Source: Hyperthermus butylicus DSM 5456 | GTDB lineage: Archaea; Thermoproteota; Thermoprotei_A; Sulfolobales; Pyrodictiaceae | Assembly: GCF_000015145.1 (NCBI RefSeq) | Contig: NC_008818.1 | Span: 90,001 to 122,000 of the forward strand | Length of the DNA stretch: 32,000 nucleotides | Direction: 5' to 3' | Shown: piece by piece, positions 29,319 to 32,000 of the stretch | Numbering within the stretch: the first letter of the stretch is position 1 | How the letters are laid out: the number at the start of each line of letters is the position of its first letter | Position numbers and translations under genes: made by a program | Notes under the pieces: model-generated | Told to the model about the DNA's origin: nothing | The model's input: only the letters and a program-made list of their open reading frames with translations | The model's database searches: none

Positions 29319-29455
29319 TTAGGGTAGACTGTGTTGCTTTCCTGGGCTGTGATGTTGCCCTTTCGTTGCCTGGAGGCCCCCTTGGGTGGGGCTGATGGGG
29401 TAAGCCCCGACGGCTGAGCCCTCTCTTCTGTCTTTCTCGTGTCTCTGTTTGCGTC

Positions 29456-30220
29456 CTATGGGCCTGCTGTTGGTGTGTTTATGGTGTAGGTTTTCCGGTT
29501 GTACCTCTTGGCTATCGCGGCTACCTCCTCCAGGAGTGTTCTTGGTGGGTTGCAGTGCTCTGCGCACCAGTCTGGGCTTCTCGGGGTTACGGCTGGGGGG
29601 CCCTGTAGGGGGTTGACTACAATGTACCAGTTCGTGCCCTTTAGGGCTTCAGTGGGCTGTCTGAGGCTCTCCTCGAGCAGTCTTGTGTAGCCTGGTATGT
29701 CTCTTGGCACGGGTATGCGTAGCTCGACCTCGACCCCGTGGCGGGCTAGTAGGCGGAGGCAGTCGAGGTAGCGGCCCCAGAGCCGTGCTGCCTGGCTCTT
29801 GGAGAGGCCGGTGAGGAGGTGGAACGGTGTCTTCAGGTCTGTGGCTACGTGGTCTACCAGCTTCTCCTCCAGCAGCTGCTCCATGTTCTCGGGGAGGGTG
29901 CAGTTCGTATTGATGCTATTGCCTAAGCCTAGCTTGTGGCTTGCCTCTAGCAGGCCGCGGAGCCTCCCGGGCTGTAACAGGGGCTCGCCCCCGGTCACGT
30001 GGAGCACGTCTACGAGCCTGGCGGCCCCCGAGAGGGCCTCAACCAGCTCGTCCAGCTTGGCCCAGCGGCAGGTGCCGGGCAGCATCTCGGCTAGCTTCCA
30101 GTTGTGGCAGAAGGGGCAGCGCAGGTTGCACCCGCAGAGCCACAGGGTGAACGAGACGCGGCCCCTTACGTCCACTAGGCTCGGCGCCTTCCAGCCCCCG
30201 ACCAGCAGTGTGTCCCGCAT
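29456..30220 (-). CDS. nrdG: Anaerobic ribonucleoside-triphosphate reductase activating protein (radical SAM)
   Basis: MRDTLLVGGWKAPSLVDVRGRVSFTLWLCGCNLRCPFCHNWKL carries the CxxxCxxC radical-SAM cluster in the archaeal NrdG context, followed by VTGGEPLL. I start the gene at ATG 30220. The ORF-track extension to 30550 is an Arg/Pro/Gly-rich read-through of the upstream gene in another frame. Confidence 0.85.
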   Translation of the reverse strand: MRDTLLVGGWKAPSLVDVRGRVSFTLWLCGCNLRCPFCHNWKLAEMLPGTCRWAKLDELVEALSGAARLVDVLHVTGGEPLLQPGRLRGLLEASHKLGLGNSINTNCTLPENMEQLLEEKLVDHVATDLKTPFHLLTGLSKSQAARLWGRYLDCLRLLARHGVEVELRIPVPRDIPGYTRLLEESLRQPTEALKGTNWYIVVNPLQGPPAVTPRSPDWCAEHCNPPRTLLEEVAAIAKRYNRKTYTINTPTAGP

Positions 30221-30813
30221 GTGTTTCTGCCCCGGGTGAGCCGTGTGTACTCCTCGTGGACGCGGCGCGCCTTTGCTTCTAGCGGTGCCTCGGCATCCAG
30301 GACGAGTACGTGGCGTGCTATTCGTGCTCCGTACGCCTCTACGAGCCGTGACACTTCCTGGTCTATGAACTGTATGTACTCGGGGTCCGCCTCCTCTCTG
30401 GCCGTCGCCCGGCCCCGTGCTAGTACGCGGCGCGCAATCTCCAGGGGGTCGCGGGCCCTTATGTAGACTAGCAGGTCTACCGGCGGGAGTATGAGGAGCA
30501 GCTTCTCCATGGCCTCGGCGGCCCCGCCACCCGATCCGCGGAGCCACCACCGAGTATAGACTGGTACTAGTAGCGGGTGGCTATCCATGACCACGGTCTT
30601 GCCGTCGCTGCGGGCCTCCCGGTATGCTGCTACGAGGCGCTCGATGAAACGGGCGTAGAAGAGGAGCTGCCTAGCGGCCGGGGGCAGCCCGGCAGCCTCA
30701 CCGATAGCCTCCACTTCGCGGTAGATGTAGCAGCCGGGGTAGAGCCTGGCTAGGAGCCTTGCTGTGGAGGTCTTGCCGGAGCCGTGTACACCGACAAAAG
30801 CCACGAGCGGCAA
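30175..30813 (-). CDS. Deoxynucleoside kinase-like P-loop kinase
   Basis: Walker A FVGVHGSGKTS, DSHPLL, and the dNK-type region LPPVDLLVYIRARDPLEIARRVLARGRATAREEADPEYIQFIDQEV (PxDLxxYL...RI..RGR..E....Y). It lies between nrdD and nrdG on the same strand, and its 3' end overlaps nrdG by 46 nt. Confidence 0.6.
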   Translation of the reverse strand: MPLVAFVGVHGSGKTSTARLLARLYPGCYIYREVEAIGEAAGLPPAARQLLFYARFIERLVAAYREARSDGKTVVMDSHPLLVPVYTRWWLRGSGGGAAEAMEKLLLILPPVDLLVYIRARDPLEIARRVLARGRATAREEADPEYIQFIDQEVSRLVEAYGARIARHVLVLDAEAPLEAKARRVHEEYTRLTRGRNTCGTHCWSGAGRRRA

Positions 30814-30852
30814 GGCATTCTATGCCTCTCCGTGGCTGGCTGTTTGCAACGT

Positions 30853-32000
30853 CTAGAGCCTGTTGTAGTGGTGGCGTAGCCAGAACTCCCTCCTCCTTGC
30901 GGGGTTCCAGTTCCGTAGCGGGCGGTAGTAGCCAACAATCCTACTCCATATCTCTGTCTCGCCTCCACACCTGGGGCATGTGGTGCGGATGCCTACGCTG
31001 CTCCAGCCGCAGCGTGGGCAGACGCTTAGTGCCGGAGTGTAGCTCCAGTAGACGAGGCTCGTGTTCGCGGCCAGCTTCCTCGTGAGGCTTGCGAGGGCCT
31101 CTGGGTCGGGCTCCTCGCCGAGGAAGATGTGCATTATCACGCCGCCGGTGAAGACTGGCTGCACCCGCTCCTCGACCTCGACCCGCTCCCATAGCTCCAT
31201 CGGCGCGTAGTAGGGGGCTATGCTGGTGCTGTAGATGGGCTCCTCGGGGTCTGGCAGGTACTCGCGTAGCTCCGGGAAGAGCTGGACGTCCCTCTCTGCG
31301 AGCCGTGCCGCGGCGCTCTCGCCTGGCACCTCCTCCACGTTGAACGGTATGCCGGTCTTCTTGCTCCACTCCCTAGTCCTCGACACGATGTGCTCCACGG
31401 TCTTCTTCATCCACTCGGCCATCCTGAACCACTGGCTCCTGCTGCCCTCAGTCCAGGCCTTCGGGTCGCCAGCCATTATCGCAGCAGCCTCCGACAGCCC
31501 TATCACGCCGACGGGCAGGAAGTACGTCGACCCCATCAACCGGAGGGCTTCCGGCACATATTCGAGAACCATACTGTAGAACTCAGGGTAGGCCTTGGCG
31601 AGCCTCTCGTAGCGCCTGGCGAACCACTCAAGGCCACTCCTTACAAGCGCCAGGGTCTCATCGAGCTTCTCGACAAACGCCTCGTCGTCGCGGCGTGCCT
31701 CAAGAGCTATCCTGGGCAGGTTAACCGTGATGACGACCTTGCTGCCAGTAATGTCGGGCATTGCCCAGAGGCCGCCCATATGCTGCTTCTCGAGGCTCCG
31801 TATGTACTCCTCCCTGGCCTGCTCCAGCTCCCTCCGGATGTCGCGTATACGCATACTCTTGCCGCCGACGCGCAGGGCGTGCCGAAGCTCATTCATGTCA
31901 ATGTTTATCCTGCAGCACATCGCAAAGCTGGCGTTCGGGTCTACGACCCGGGTGTTTAGCCAGTACCCGGTCCCCCGCCTGGCTGCAGCGCCGAAGACGG
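30853..32000 (-). CDS. nrdD: Anaerobic ribonucleoside-triphosphate reductase (class III), C-terminal part; the gene continues beyond the window
   Basis: C-terminal zinc ribbon CPRCGWSSVGIRTTCPRCGG is followed by the glycyl-radical motif SRIVGYYRPLRNWNPARRREF. My translation of 31921-32000 stays open (...GTGYWLNTRVVDPNASFAMCCRINID), so the 5' end is cut by the window edge. Confidence 0.9.
   Translation of the reverse strand, partial: VFGAAARRGTGYWLNTRVVDPNASFAMCCRINIDMNELRHALRVGGKSMRIRDIRRELEQAREEYIRSLEKQHMGGLWAMPDITGSKVVITVNLPRIALEARRDDEAFVEKLDETLALVRSGLEWFARRYERLAKAYPEFYSMVLEYVPEALRLMGSTYFLPVGVIGLSEAAAIMAGDPKAWTEGSRSQWFRMAEWMKKTVEHIVSRTREWSKKTGIPFNVEEVPGESAAARLAERDVQLFPELREYLPDPEEPIYSTSIAPYYAPMELWERVEVEERVQPVFTGGVIMHIFLGEEPDPEALASLTRKLAANTSLVYWSYTPALSVCPRCGWSSVGIRTTCPRCGGETEIWSRIVGYYRPLRNWNPARRREFWLRHHYNRL

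Noticed and set aside
29388-29422. K-turn or mini box C/D-like hairpin (GGGGC-UGAUGG ... CUGA-GCCCU)
   Set aside because: The boxes are only 15 nt apart, so there is no room for guides. The bulge geometry does not fit a K-turn when drawn out, and no + strand gene context exists.
30221-30550. 110-aa N-terminal extension of the nrdG ORF
   Set aside because: The extension is an Arg/Pro/Gly-rich out-of-frame read-through of the dNK-like gene. The NrdG homology starts at MRDTLLVGGW (ATG 30220).
29799-31959. Numerous long ORFs on both strands over the nrd genes (29799-30239 +, 30221-30466 +, 30759-31085 +, 30941-31369 -, 31235-31579 +, 31390-31959 +, and others)
   Set aside because: These are stop-poor alternative frames of a block with more than 63% G+C. 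Their translations are Arg/Ala/Pro/Gly-rich, and the NrdD, kinase and NrdG frames carry the real motifs.

Overview
This window looks like a gene-dense chromosomal segment from a hyperthermophilic crenarchaeon-type archaeon. That is an inference from archaeal hallmark genes: SRP19, diphthine synthase, a GPN-loop GTPase, a Clp1-type kinase, a PaREP1-like relic and box C/D sRNA candidates. Hand-counted 60-nt lines over most of the window give about 45-58% G+C. The backbone contains an Lrp/AsnC regulator, DUF211, a tRNA-binding protein, a saccharopine-dehydrogenase-like enzyme, an ABC-2 transporter pair and SRP19. A six-gene pyrimidine operon, pyrF-E-B-I-K-C, sits on the minus strand with overlapping or abutting genes, and pyrG and a cysteine-synthase-family PLP enzyme lie nearby. 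Further genes are several regulators (wHTH, Fur-like, CBS-wHTH, RHH), a long NfeD protease, DUF488, HTH-ThiN, an M20 peptidase, diphthine synthase, 3-hexulose-6-phosphate synthase, MoeA, a Clp1-like kinase, a MoaD-like GG protein and tRNA-Val(CAC). The most notable observations are four. (1) The right edge carries a clearly GC-richer nrdD / deoxynucleoside-kinase-like / nrdG cassette about 350 bp from tRNA-Val; it may be an acquired dNTP-supply module. (2) Two tandem box C/D sRNA candidates lie in the 3374-3634 spacer, and one has a 12-nt guide complementary to the conserved 16S 530-loop sequence. (3) Several genes are disrupted: the GPN-loop GTPase is split at a G6 run, MarC has two frameshifts, a Fur-like gene has no start codon for its DNA-binding N-terminus, and the PaREP1-like relic has in-frame stops. 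(4) About 860 bp of decayed non-coding DNA surrounds the tRNA. I saw no CRISPR array, transposase, integrase or recognisable defence system. All functional calls come from reading motifs in the translations; no database search was run.
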